Positions 51,258-63,843 are shown, numbered from the whole stretch's first letter. The stretch: 63,843 nucleotides of DNA, filler included, from Vermamoeba vermiformis (GCA_045837725.1; 8 parts of 8 records of this genome joined end to end with filler, not necessarily neighbours in it); one strand, 5' to 3'. Numbers and translations: made by a program. Notes: generated by a model from the sequence alone, not told the origin.

Positions 51258-51469
51258 TGTGCTTGCGTTTAATTTAGAAATAAAATAACTTCCAAAAAAC
51301 AAAAGTTTTGTTTGAAAGCAAACGGCTACAAAAAGCGCGCGAAAACCATTTTAGTTTCAATCACACTAATGACGCGCCAAAGAGCTACAGTGGAGTCCAT
51401 GGTACCTTAGGATATAGATTTAGGGTGGCAGGAATACGAAAAAGAAAAAGAAAAAATAAGTTTAAGCTG

Positions 51470-51569
51470 NNNNNNNNNNNNNNNNNNNNNNNNNNNNNNN
51501 NNNNNNNNNNNNNTTAATTAATTAANNNNNNNNNNNNNNNNNNNNNNNNNNNNNNNNNNNNNNNNNNNN
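51470..51569. other. Artificial contig linker
   Basis: N44-TTAATTAATTAA-N44. Confidence 0.98.
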
Positions 51570-54500
51570 CTATCTATAACATTAATATGAGTGTCATGCG
51601 TTGACAAAATAAAATTAATTTCATTGTAACTTACCGCTGAGGCTCGTGTAACGGCAAAGTCAGGTGCGTAGCGCGGGATCCAAACGAACAGAAATTGCTA
51701 AAGTAGTTATTGTTAGTTGTAATAGTGTTAAAAATCGCTTATACTTACCTAATAGTGCTTCAATTTTGCCTTCGCTAATCACTGAACGATCAATTATACG
51801 ATCAGATCGCGCCGTTGTTAGCTTAACCCTACAATCGTTAATTAGTTGGGTTAATATGAGTCAGCATACATATTCAATAAACAATCAATTTAATAGCTCT
51901 GTGACTTACTTCTGATCCAATCATTGTATTTCGACACGCTCTAGATCTGTTCGAGGCACGCACCTTTGTCTCGATCTACATTTATCACATCGCCGCATAT
52001 AACCCTATTAAATTCATAAGTCGATTATACATATTAATTACAATAATTAGGTGTGGTTACCTGGAGTACCAGCGCGAACGAACGGCAGTTTTCTCGTGAC
52101 AGATCTACTGGCATCCAACGTCGGGTGCAACTCGTACCGCGCCAACAAGCCACGAGTGGTCACTTGAACAAATTAATTACTATTATTATTATGATAATAA
52201 TAATTGAATTAATACTTACACCGTATTGAGCCAGTGAAAGCATCCGAATCCGAATCTAAAATTTAAATTGAGTTAAAGCTGTACGCACAATTTGACTAGG
52301 TTATTGCTCAATTTTAAATAATAAAATATTTGACTGTATAAATAAATAATAACACTTACCGTGCGAGAAAATCTTTTCCGATATTACGTGAACAACTCGT
52401 ACTTCTGAAACAAGCACCTTAAATCAAGCTTAGTATAATTACTTATCAATAAATAACAAATTTCAAACTTACCTTTCAGTTGTGTTCGTTTTGCTGAGAT
52501 CGTGCATTTTTAATGACCGAATCCGCCGGCAACTAAACTCGTTCGCGTTCTACATAATCAAATGTTAGCTCCACTATACTTAATTAAATATTGCTTGCTA
52601 ACAACTTACTCTTGTGTAGCAGTGCTAGAAATTTAGCGACGACCAGTGCAACACGATCCGTTAAGTCCGTACACGCTCTCATTCTGAGTATAATTATCAA
52701 TTAGTAACCCTATATTATAAAAGTAAAATTCATTAAGATATAATTACCTTTGGCGCGATCAATGCGATTACTTAAAATTTTTACGGATCGAGATGTGCTG
52801 TCTTCGATCCGGTTCCGAGCAATAACAAACGTATTTTTAGTAATTCTAATCACGTAAGTCATTAATATTGACCGTATACTATTGATTTTGATAACTTACC
52901 TTGTTGTTTGGTGTAGTCTTTGCCTTCAACGACCGCGCAAAGTGTTCACGGATCGCGGATCCGATTTGCCATACAGACTCCTTGCAACTTAAAAATAATT
53001 AATAAAAATAATGTAATATAAATATATTTCTGTACGCTTACTCTTAGCGCGATCGATACGCGCTATGTACATTTTAACGGATCTGGATGTTGCTCGATGC
53101 GCGTCTGTTCTTTTAAATTAACCATTCACCTATTTTATTAATATAACGTATTAGTATTTAGAATATAAAATAATAATATTAACTTACCTCTGAGATTGTT
53201 AGCGATCTGACCGATATTTCCTCGCGGGTCAGATCGCGCCAAAGATCCGTGAGCGAAGTTCTATAATTAAAGTTAGCGTTAAATATTATATTAAATATAG
53301 CATTAAACGATATATACTTACCTTCAGTTGCAGTAGAGCCAGGCTTTTGAGTTTTATCGGATCCGATCTCGCTGATTCGATCCGCGCCAAGTACTAACTA
53401 TGAAAGGGCTTGATATGTTCTGTTAAATAAGGCGTTAGTACGTTGCATCTACTATTGAATTAGCGACTTACCGCGATATGCAGCGTTACTATTGCCGAGT
53501 AATAACGCGCGCACCATACTAGATCTCGCGGATCCGCTAAGTCCGTGAAGACTGTTATTCTATCGAAATTAAATGAATCAGTACAATATAAAAATGATAT
53601 ACAATGCGTTATACTTACCTTTTTCGCGATAGATGCGCTCTATTAACGTGGTACGGATCGAGATCGTTCGATCCGTGTAGTCAGCTCCGTGAGCAAATCT
53701 GGGGCAGACAACCGTTAGATATTCATAATGTATATATTTATAACGCATTATACTTACCGTTGGCGCACTCGATGCCTTTGATCAAAAGTTGAATCCGCTG
53801 CTGGATCGCGGATTCGTACTCGTTAATGATTTCTTCACGGGTCGTGTTAACCCTTCCTGATTTACACTGTATTAGAACACATCGTAATAAACGTTTTTAC
53901 AAGCTTACCATTAAAAACTAAGGAGTGTTGCAGAATTACCGTCGCGGCATCCATTTGACTCGGATCGCGAAAACTTGAAGGTAATCGGTCACTGCTATTA
54001 ACTAAACGTTAGAAATAAATATAAATATATATATTTATCGATTTACTTACCTTTAAAACTATTTGCTTAAAGACTAAGCAATTTTAACGGATCGCTACGT
54101 GAACGGATCGTGAACTTGCGCGGGCCGTAAAAACATTCGCAAGCCAATTAGAACGTATCTGTAATTATAAAACGTTAATAATACTGCATTAATATCGATA
54201 TATATTAATCATCTTAATAACTTACCCTTCTATATAAATTTTTTATCGCGTGAAGTTCGCGATCGAGATCCGTTCTGTACTTTTGTTAAGACCTAAATAA
54301 ACAATGTTAGACCGTTTAGTATTTATTAATTAACTATATTAAATCACTTACCGGTCAAGAAAACTTGGCCTGACACGCATCGAGTTTTCGATCGACCCAT
54401 CCGGTCTACGTCCGCGCCTTCTTCATTCTAACTTGTAAATTTACGATAAATAAAATAAATAAACGATAATATAAATAACTATTTCACTTTGGTTCGAGCG

Positions 54501-55766
54501 GAAAGCTCGATCCGAATAATTCAATTAATTTTTTTACTTGTTGAATTTTAAATATCGAAAAGACGCATTCATTGCGTCATATTCATTATTATTATTAATA
54601 TATTATTACTTACAGATTATTTCGATGCGTCCAACGCATCTGATCGCGCCATCAAGTTGCCGAGTCAATGAGCGAGCACTGAGAAGACTGTCCAACGCAG
54701 GACACGAACGGAAAGCAACAGGTTATCATAAAACGACCATTGGTGGTCGAGATCTCGCGGTACGAAAGTCAATAAAACTTTCGATCGCGCTCGTGTTTTT
54801 GCAATCGTTTCTGTAATTAAAAATAAATATTAGAACGATGTATTAAATATAATTAAATAGTATTTTGTTAAAAATCCGGATAAATTCGAGCACTAAGCTC
54901 TAATCCGGATCTTTAATTTTTAAATTGAAAATCAATAATTGAATTAACGATTTCTATGTATTATAAATGGTGGAAGGATGATAGGAAAATTATTACCTTT
55001 TAAGAGCTCGGTCGCTGCTCCGAGATTTAGACGCGAGAAATTGCTGAGTCGAAAGCCGCGCTGCAACGACGCTGAATATCGTTGTGCGCGTGTTGACTGT
55101 CACTAATATATCTAATTAATACAATAATTCGACCCTTGTGATCGAACTATTGCAAATCCAAAATCGCATCGGCGATCGTCGAGAATAACTCGCGCTGAAA
55201 CGGCTCTGGTACCGTGGCGCGTAACTGTCAGCTGTAAATGATCAATTAATAATCAATAATTCGACCCTTGTGGTCGATCTCTCGGCGAACTATTTTTAGT
55301 GACAAGTTCGTATCCGGAAAAGGACTTGTCAGATCGGAATTAATGACTCCAAGCTGTAATAAAAGTGATTAATAATACTATTAACATTATTTAATGCGTA
55401 AATTTGCGAGAATTTCGCTGATCTCGCGGTTTTGAATCAGATGCGAAATCGGAATCCGACTTAGACCCGCGATTAAAAATGAAATAATCGTTTCTAAATA
55501 ATACTTACGTGTTATAATCGCCATATTTACTGTCAATTTCTTCAGATCTGACCGTTTTGAGTGGTCAGATCTACGCGGCGTTATTTCGCTATCGCGAATT
55601 TTCTGATTTTTTCTGGTGGTAGTACGCGTTAGTACTTGCCAGGAACTATTGTTTTTAATTAAAATTAACCAAAATAAATGCTTATTTAAAAAGTTTTTGA
55701 TCCGGGGCGTTCTGATCCCCGCCAGAATAATTCCGTTTTAGGACTTACCTCGCCGCGCTATCTCGA
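51570..55766 (-). ncRNA. Candidate multi-exon spliced non-coding RNA locus / ~145-bp intron-exon unit array
   Basis: About 20 regularly spaced minus-strand GTAAG-type donors (51632-54351), each with an AT-rich ~55-nt intron and a GATC-rich, often hairpin-forming exon. Exons 53322-53419 and 54226-54292 have stops in all three frames. Confidence 0.55.
55052..55282 (+). repeat. Third copy of the structured repeat array (homologous to 19418-19925)
   Basis: GCCGCGCTGCAACGACGCTGAA, TTCGACCCTTGTG(A/G)TCGA twice, ATAACTCGCGCTG. Confidence 0.88.
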
Positions 55767-55866
55767 NNNNNNNNNNNNNNNNNNNNNNNNNNNNNNNNNN
55801 NNNNNNNNNNTTAATTAATTAANNNNNNNNNNNNNNNNNNNNNNNNNNNNNNNNNNNNNNNNNNNN
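55767..55866. other. Artificial contig linker
   Basis: N44-TTAATTAATTAA-N44. Confidence 0.98.
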
Positions 55867-56040
55867 ATCACAGCACAGCTTCGTCAGCCTTTCTCGGTTG
55901 CAATCTTGACGCTCTAATCGCGAAAGTCTACTACTCCGAATAACACACCGCGAAGGATATGCATTTGTGTATACGATCTAAGGTATGTACATTTTCCTTA
56001 TGAGTTTCCGTTACGTGCCCTGATACGTTCGCTGCAGGTA

Positions 56041-57922
56041 ATGGATATATTTGATAAGGTTCGAAATATCACCAGCAAAAAACGTGCTAAGGCGCAGAAG
56101 CACCCACCAGCCTCCACGAGACAATCCCAACGCTTAGCAGAAAAGAAAAGCCCGGATAGCTCGCCTACAAAGAAGAACGAGAACCCTCCAAAAAAAAGAA
56201 AGCGTCAGTCCGCAGAGAACAAAAAAAATGCAGACAATGAGCCGCCAAAGAAAAAAGCTCGCACGGAGCAGGTAAGTTTAATTGTCAAAGGGCTTTTTGG
56301 ATGCTTTTTAACCCCGTTTATCCCAGCCCGACGTTAAAAATGAAGACAAAGGCGAAGAGAGCGGCTCTGAAGAATCAGAACTTGGTAAGTATACACAACA
56401 AATTTTATTGCGTACACCGGCATCCGTGCATACAGTTTCTAACGTACTGTAGGGTCAATCTCAAAGCCCTTGACTGCACGTGCTGCTGAGAATCCAGCGC
56501 AACGTTGAACAACCAGCGCAACGAGACGGTGGCAGTCAAAACATCGCATCCAAAGCTCTGATCGAGGCCGATATGAAAGAACTACAAATTAAAGATAAAC
56601 CGACATCTTCCGATCTCGATTTCCTGGTTGACGATGACGAAGAAGATGGCGAAAGCATTGAAAACCAGGAGCTGAGCTCTCCTAGAATTACCGGCGATGA
56701 TGAACCGGATGAGTCCTTCAGCCTCTCAAACTCCGCTCCAAACTCCCCACCACGTCAACAGACACGTAGAATTGGCTCTTTGAAAGAGGAGCTGAAAACC
56801 AACAAAGGTGAGTTCGGTTACGTAACTCGATTCGGATGTGACTGACCTTTTGCAACGTAGAAATCAGCTCCAGTACCATGGCTGTTCTCAAACCGTCATC
56901 TCTGTTAGCTAGTGCGGAAGACGAGTCCCCGACTTCCCAAAAGAGGCACATCCGGCGCTACATCTCCGAACTACGAGAGCAGTTTGAAGAGTTTCCGAAG
57001 CTTGGAATATTTTTTCGAATGCACACGGGCTTGGAGAGGCCATTGATAAAGTCAATCGTTTTTGAGAACGATGAATTCCACCTGGATGGCGTCCCGGTTG
57101 AAATTCACAAATTTAAAGAAAAAAAGGGAGAAGATGAAATCGAGAGAGAAGTCGACGGAAATACAGATATGGTGCCCGCCAGTAAGTGTTGAATTAACCA
57201 ACTTATTTTTTGTATACACGTTAACAATTTGGTGTATACGGTTAGAACTGTCCAAGCGCTTGGAGAATGCTTTGAAGAAGTGCTGTCTAGTTAAGAAGTT
57301 CTACGATGTTTTGAAGACTACGCGCAGCATTGGTACTTCCAACTTATTCTCCACTGGCCAAGACGTCGAGAGCTACGTGCGCAACGGAACCTTGGATCTC
57401 GACTGCAACAGCAATGCAGAGGTCATCGAGAAATTGGACGAAGTATTTTCATCTATGGGGCACTTCTACAACAACCAGATGGAGCTGGTCGTCATGTACA
57501 AACTGAAGGCGTATTACGTCGGCGGTATTTTAGCGCAAGTGGGCAAACGCTTTGCCGAAGAGGCTCCAAAACGCGACCCTCCCATCACCGGCACCAGAAA
57601 CATCGAGGTTTACGTTAACAACAACATCTTTGAGTTGTTGAACTTCTGCAAGTGGGATTCTATCGTGGAGGCTGTTGGAGAAGACGAGGAATTGAGTTTT
57701 ATCGGAGCCTCTCCGGTTCCCTTGAAACGAGATTTTTTTCGGCAATGGAAGTGTCGCATCAACAAATTTTTTAATATTTGCAAGCTAGAAATTAAGCTGC
57801 TATTTACTAATCTATCCTATTCCACGATATGCAAATTATTTCCAGCCAAACAACAAACGTTGGAGGCTATAATTACGTCCATTAGAAGTAGATCTGACGA
57901 ATTCCCTGTTTTCGACGATTAA
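56041..57922 (+). CDS. Homologue of cluster gene A
   Basis: Basic/acidic low-complexity N-terminus; C-terminal exon aligns with 26177-26893 and stops shortly after DEFP in both. Confidence 0.75.
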
Positions 57923-57940
57923 TAAATCTTTTGTAGTGTT

Positions 57941-60900
57941 ATGGAGAAGAACGAACGTTTTTCTAAGGATTTCGACCTTGAAGGTAATCGCAGTTAATTT
58001 TTGTAACGGTAAATAATGTATTTTTAGATTATCCCGCCAGGCGAATTTCCGTCGTTGTACGATTTGGAGTCTATAGTTGCTGAAATTGAGCCACAGCCAC
58101 CACAAAACTACCGTTGTTATGGTAATGCGGTCTTTTTAATTGCCCGGTAATAATAATCACTCGCAGACATTGCTCGATTCCAGGATGAGGACTTCGAGCT
58201 CGGAGATGAAGTCGATTTCAATCAATTCATCAACTCACCACCCCCAAAAAGCAACGTACTCAAAGGTAAGGAAGAATATTTATCAAACGAATTTCTTTTA
58301 ATATTTTTGCGATCAGACAAATTGGATTCTAGCATAAGCGACTCAGACGTTAGCAATTCAAACGCGGAAGTTTCGGATTCTGCTGAAGAAAATTTCAGCG
58401 AGCGGCAACAACAGTTTGTAGATGCATGGAAGGCTCTCGACCCATTGCGCGTGGATTTCGATCCGGTCTCTTTCCACCAACTGGAAGAAGAAGAACAGCT
58501 CGGTGTTCTCTGTTCTGTTGAAGGGTAAGTTGTAACAACATTACGGGTTTAAAATAATATTAATCGTGCAACAGGGATCTGTTTGTTAAGAATGATGAAG
58601 GAACTACTGACTACAATGAAAATTACTTGGCACGACTACAAGCTGCTCTTAGAGAAGGCTCGATCAAGCCCACATTGTTCACGCAACACTTAAAAGAAAA
58701 TGCTCGGATCGTATCTGGCCCAGAAGATTTCGGCGACAACTTTCTTTCTTCACTCAAATGGATGACTTCTCGTCATTACCTTGGTCCCAAGTTTTATCTT
58801 ACGGACAACCAAGACACGCAATTCAAAGCGTGCTTGGATTTGGACTTCACGGGATTCGTGACCGAAACTCTTCACGTTTTCAAAACTGGCTTGGAGATGG
58901 TCTACTCACCGAACTTGGCGTCGACATTGAAGTCATGCAAGATGTCCTATGGTCCCAAAGCGTTGAACAAGTGCCCTAGCATGCTTTTTGGGTAAGCTGT
59001 TCGTATACACCATATTTTGTATACACTTTTTGTAGCTATCGCCTTCTAACGATAATTACGATAGGCTAATTGAAGGAAAATACCCAATTTATATGGTTCT
59101 CCCTAAGTGCCCTCCCGCTCAACGATCAGATGCAATTCACGCTCTGTACAAAAATGCCATATTTCCGGGTACGAAAAATTAGATCTTTTCGGTTAAATAG
59201 CCTTTCTGACCAGTAATAGGTGTTATCGAGTCTGAACAAGGTAGAACGTCTCCAGTAGCTCTTCCTTATGAGGACGTTATCTCTGTTGCTCCGAAAGGAG
59301 ACGCGTACCAGATCAACCAAGCAACGTTGATGTGCATCCAAAAGCACATAAATGAGTACACAGTTTCAGAGCCAAGGTATAATAATCTAATTACTTTCAT
59401 CATTTACTAAAATTGTACAGCTGGAAGCCGATCTACGTGGTTCAGTACTTTGGGCACAAGGAAAGAATCGAGTCGGAAGAGGAATTAACAGCATTTTATG
59501 CGACATTGGAGAAGACTTTCAATTTAGCCTTTGTGTTTGAACACACTGAAAACAACGTGACTATGTTTTATCAGGACATTGCCGTCGATGTTGTGTAAGT
59601 CTGTGCGCACGAAATTTTGTATACACTTTTTAACTCGCTCTTATTTTAGTTGCGAGGATGAGGAAAACGTGATGTCGTTTTGGAACCGAAATTTATTCTC
59701 CAAGTTCATGGATAAAGCTTTGTCGCCTTTTAAGAACTTAATGGTACGAAATGCAACAACATTTAAACGCGAGATCGCTGTGGATGTTGAGCGCGACTAC
59801 ATCTACCCCACGTGAGTCCTTTATTTACGCCAAATTATCATTTTTAATATTTACGAGTTAATTAGATTTACTGAATATCCTAACTTTGGGCTCGGCGCGT
59901 TGGCAAATGGCGTGATCGAGTGGAAGAAGCGGCATCTACTTTTGACCAAGATCAAGGCTTATCAGCGAGTCAGCCAAGACTTTCGCCACGTTGTTCCATT
60001 TAGCAAACTCCTTCACGCTGCTTTGACCTTTCCTTTCGCCAAAGTTAAGTCGTTCTTCGCGGGTGAATCTGGCCTCTCTACAAAATTCCTCCAAAAGTAA
60101 GTATAATTTGTATAATAATATAGTGCTAATACGCCATCAATTTCAGGTTGGATGCTGAAGTCGCTGCAGTTCAATCCCGAAAGCATCTGCTCGATGCAGA
60201 GAAAATGTTCGGGATCATGCCCCAAAAAGCTTATGGTCCTCGTGTGGAGCTCACTTTGCAAAACCCGCGGTTGCAGAACTTGGTTGAAGCATTCAGAGTC
60301 CTTGGAACTTTCGCTCGCGCAGTTGGAGCTTCGTTCAATATGTTGAAGGCTGCCTATCAGTGCAGCTTGATACCGCTCGAGCTGATGCGCTGCAGCCCAA
60401 TACAAACAGTATTGACATCTACAGTTGCTCTCTTTCCGCGTATGATGACCAGAAGTCTTGCCAATTCGTTCTACATTTTGCTTGATAACGCGATACAAAG
60501 TAAGTTTGTGTATACGAAGTTATGTGTATACATTTCTAATTTTGAGTAGACCGAAAACTTGATGGCTTGGACTTCAACAGCCACTGGATCAGATTGGCAT
60601 TTTTGCTGCAAGACCAGCTTACCTTTTTGTGGACGGGGTCGTTGCAATCTTTAGTTCATCCGTCTCTGTTCGCTCGCTACAAACAGAAGGATGCGATCCT
60701 GGATCTCGGTCACTACTTTGTTCCTCCTCAATTGCTTCAACTTAGTCAAGATTACGGTCGAATCAGATTGCATCTTCCCGTCAGATCTGAGTTCGGACTC
60801 ATAGAAGAAGACGAGGTTGACGAGTTAGATGTACTGACTCTTCCTCGTCGCATGATCTACGCTCTTTTCCCTAATTTCGACGATCAAGACGCCATTGAAG

Positions 60901-61278
60901 GAATTATGCATAAGATTCGACTCTGCTTGCATGTCTCAGAAGGTCCAGTGGCGCCGTTGGAAAATAGCGTGGGGTGGATCATGGCCGCTAATCTACTGAA
61001 CTCTATGTTCGAATCAGTCTTTGAAGTGGCCAACATAACGACGAGAGAAGACAGAGATGATTTCCTGGAAGCACTGAAGACGGGAGAAGTTGCCCTCGAA
61101 CAGTTTTTCGCCGGTCGCGTTCCGCTGATTGAAGTAAGTTAGAATAACACTGAAATAAGTTCAATTTAACTTTTATCTTTATTTAAATCAGGTTCACACC
61201 TCTCCAATCGTTGTTTTCCCAGCGGATGTGGTCGATTTGGTTTTTGGTGATCCGCAAAAAAGATTGTTCCGCAGTGCA
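57941..61278 (+). pseudogene. Homologue of cluster gene B, 3'-truncated by telomere repeats
   Basis: DLDFTGFVTETL, EYPNFG, KIKAYQ, MPQKAYGPRVELTLQNP, YQCSLIPLELMRCSP. The last exon (from 61192) runs into (TTAGGG)n after ~29 codons, whereas the contig 3 copy continues for over 200 more codons. Confidence 0.75.
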
Positions 61279-61378
61279 AGGGTTAGGGTTAGGGTTGAGG
61301 GTTAGGGTTGATGTGGGTTAGGGTTAGGGTTAGGGTTAGGGTTAGGGTTGTGGGTTAGGGTTAGGGTTAGGGTTAGGG

Positions 61379-61412
<34 letters not shown>
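61279..61412 (+). repeat. Telomeric (TTAGGG)n tract
   Basis: About 21 units with a few variants (TTGAGGG, TTGTGGG, TTTAGGG), G-rich strand pointing to the contig end. Confidence 0.96.
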
Positions 61413-61512
61413 NNNNNNNNNNNNNNNNNNNNNNNNNNNNNNNNNNNNNNNNNNNNTTAATTAATTAANNNNNNNNNNNNNNNNNNNNNNNNNNNNNNNN
61501 NNNNNNNNNNNN
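61413..61512. other. Artificial contig linker
   Basis: N44-TTAATTAATTAA-N44. Confidence 0.98.
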
Positions 61513-62002
61513 TATCGAAGAAAAAGCTGATTGGTAAATTTTTGTGACAAATCGATTTTGTTCGAACAAGGAGGTGAATTAGCAAGCGTTCTTTAGCGCT
61601 ACAAGCCTGTCAATATACAAGCAGACCTTTATAATAATTACATGCCACGAGGTGATGGCCATAGGCTTCAATTTTGGTGGATAAGATATCGGTTAAGTAT
61701 AAAAAAAATCAATCGGTTGACACGAGTAACTAAGCCAAAAAGGCCCGGCAAAGCCTTACCATCGCAAACGATTTTATTGTACTAATAAATACCTAAAAAT
61801 TTCAACCATAGAAAAGAACGAAAACTTTTCGACCGAATCTGCAAACAATTTCAAAAACGATACATAATTAGATCGGCTATCGTGCAACAAAATTTCATAT
61901 TACGTTGCTAGCATTGGGGCCTCACTCAAATAGATATAATCTTGCATATTTCCTTCGAACTTTTGTATTGTACCGGCGCTGATCAGGGTCAAAGGAATAT
62001 TC

Positions 62003-62413
62003 TTACAAGGTCTTTTTATTTAAATCAATTACCTTTCGTTTTATTAGATACCACCAGATGTGTCCTTTGCCTCCTATTACTTCCATGATAAACGTTGGAG
62101 CGGCAAAGTTCTGAAAATTCTGTTGGTTTTTCTCGAGCTCCGATTTCGTTATATAAATATTATTCTCGAATAAGTGGCGATGATGGGTCATTCTTTTGTA
62201 ATCTTCGCTCGTATAAATGATGGTGCTGCTTTGCTCAATACTGGATTTGCCAAAATAATCGGATAGTGGTGGCTTTATTGTGACTCTACAGTCCCAAAAA
62301 ATTGTTCCTTCTTTGTCATATATACGCACTTTCCATTCGTCTTGCAGTTCGACTTCGCTGAGCGGAATCATCTGACTGCAATTATTGCTCGCTGTATTGC
62401 TCAGGTTCATCAC
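62003..62413 (-). CDS. Small hypothetical protein, tandem paralogue 1
   Basis: Intronless ORF sharing CSQM..LSEVELQDEW, PPLSDYFG, HRHLFENNI and WWYLIKRKVID with its neighbours. Confidence 0.75.
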   Translation of the reverse strand: MMNLSNTASNNCSQMIPLSEVELQDEWKVRIYDKEGTIFWDCRVTIKPPLSDYFGKSSIEQSSTIIYTSEDYKRMTHHRHLFENNIYITKSELEKNQQNFQNFAAPTFIMEVIGGKGHIWWYLIKRKVIDLNKKTL

Positions 62414-62564
62414 GTGAAGAGTTATTCGAACAACTGCTTCTTCTGTTGGCGATCATTCGGGTAGTAGGGAGATAATTTTGCGACCGAAAAAAACATCTGG
62501 TTGTCAGAAAGTTCTTTGTTATCGGACGCCGAATTTTTATTGAAAATAAAAGACTTCGTTACGC

Positions 62565-62969
62565 TTACAAAGACTTCTTATGTGTATCAATTACTTTTCT
62601 CTTTACCAGCCACCATGAAAAGTCTCCCGGACCTCCCACTTCCATGATAAAAGTTGGATCGACCTTTTTTAGAAAATTCTCTTGGTTCTTCTCAAGCTCC
62701 GCTTTCGTGATAAATATATTATTCTCGAATAAGTGGCGATGCTGCGTCATTCTTTGGTAATCTTCGCTCGTATATTTAATTATTCTGTTCTCATACAATA
62801 TGTACTTGCCAAAGTAATCGGATAGGGGTGGCGTGAGTATGACTACATTGTCACCAAAATGTCTTCCATCAGCGTCGTATATACGCACTCTCCATTCGTC
62901 TTGCACTTCAACATCGCTGAGCTGAGTCATCTGACTGCAATTATCGCTCGCTGGATCACTCGAGTTCAT
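62565..62969 (-). CDS. Small hypothetical protein, tandem paralogue 2
   Basis: Same motifs; upstream region (62970-63060) is also duplicated at 62420-62510. Confidence 0.75.
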   Translation of the reverse strand: MNSSDPASDNCSQMTQLSDVEVQDEWRVRIYDADGRHFGDNVVILTPPLSDYFGKYILYENRIIKYTSEDYQRMTQHRHLFENNIFITKAELEKNQENFLKKVDPTFIMEVGGPGDFSWWLVKRKVIDTHKKSL

Positions 62970-63251
62970 CAGTTATTCGAACAATTTCTTCTGTTGGCGA
63001 TCATTCGGGTAGTAGGGAGTTAATTTTGTGACTGAAAAAAACATCTGGCTATCAGAAAGTTCCCCGATATTATTTTTGCTGAGCAATAATTTGCGCTACA
63101 AATTTACTTAAACTTGCAAGTTTTGCGATTCTTATTTATTAAATTCAGGTAGGTAATTTACCTTATCGTCGTTTTGTTTTGTTATGTACAGAAGCTTTTG
63201 TTATCTGAAGATTAAAAAAGTTTTTATTGAAAATAACGGGCTATGTTATGC

Positions 63252-63713
63252 TTACAAAGACTTCTTATGAGTATCAATAACCTTCCTTTTCACCAGCCAC
63301 CACGAAATATATCCCGGACCTCCCACTCCCTCCATGATAAAAGTTGGATCGGCCAAAATTTGAAAATTCTGTTGGTTTTTCTCAAGCTCCGATTTTGTGA
63401 TACAAATATTATTTTCAAATAAGTGGCGATGCTGCGACATTCTTTTGTAATCTGCGCTCGTATATTTAATTATTCTGTTCTCATAAAGCACGTATATGCC
63501 TAAGTAATCGGACACCGGTGGCGTGAGTACGATTATATTGTCATCAAAATGTCTTCCGTCTGGTTCGTATAGACGTATTCTCCATTCGTCCTGCAGTTCA
63601 ACTTCGCTGAGCTGAATCATCTGACTACAAGTCTCGCTCGCTTTCTCGCCGGATCGCTCAAGTTCATCACGCAAAGAGTTATTAGAATAATAACCACTTC
63701 TATTCACTATCAT
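63252..63713 (-). CDS. Small hypothetical protein, tandem paralogue 3
   Basis: Same motifs; first ATG (MIVNRS) at ~63713. Confidence 0.75.
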   Translation of the reverse strand: MIVNRSGYYSNNSLRDELERSGEKASETCSQMIQLSEVELQDEWRIRLYEPDGRHFDDNIIVLTPPVSDYLGIYVLYENRIIKYTSADYKRMSQHRHLFENNICITKSELEKNQQNFQILADPTFIMEGVGGPGYISWWLVKRKVIDTHKKSL

Positions 63714-63843
63714 ATGGTTGTTTGGATTAATACTGGTCGGCAGAGAATTTTCAGTCGAAATTTGCAGCAAAATCTGAACGGCAGATATTTATTGCAATTT
63801 TTCGACAAATTTATTATTACAGGCACTAGGTACAATCTTATAT

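Noticed and set aside
51570-55000. Ordinary many-exon protein gene or snoRNA host gene
   Set aside because: Tested exons have stops in all three frames; introns are ~55 nt, AT-rich and show no clear C/D or H/ACA boxes. Not every exon chain was tested.
55766-55867. Physical linkage of the contig 6 array to the contig 7 genes
   Set aside because: Separated by an artificial linker, and their relative orientation differs from contig 3. Linkage is argued only from homology to contig 3.

Overview
This is not one locus. It is eight AT-rich eukaryotic contigs (short ~45-55 nt GT-AG introns, TTAGGG telomere, probably a protist) joined by artificial 100-nt N44-TTAATTAATTAA-N44 linkers, so adjacency across linkers means nothing. 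Host-type genes include a tandem-domain AMP deaminase whose second domain looks catalytically dead, two pseudokinases, four F-box genes, two paralogous His-rich membrane protein genes and three small tandem paralogues. Two candidate novel systems stand out. (1) Two highly divergent, apparently intact genes splice a USP (peptidase C19) deubiquitinase in frame onto a piggyBac-type DDD transposase. One also has a chromodomain-like segment and sits next to an SRA-like gene; the other lies inside a host intron that is 54 nt long in the paralogue. (2) A compact co-oriented cluster of unknown genes (contig 3, with a telomere-truncated homologue on contig 7) is flanked by inverted arrays of hairpin repeats. 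Its flank is homologous to contig 6, which holds about 20 intron-plus-hairpin-exon units at ~145-bp period with clean splice signals but no reading frame, i.e. a candidate spliced structured ncRNA array. Exon chains and domain calls were made by eye; no database search was run.
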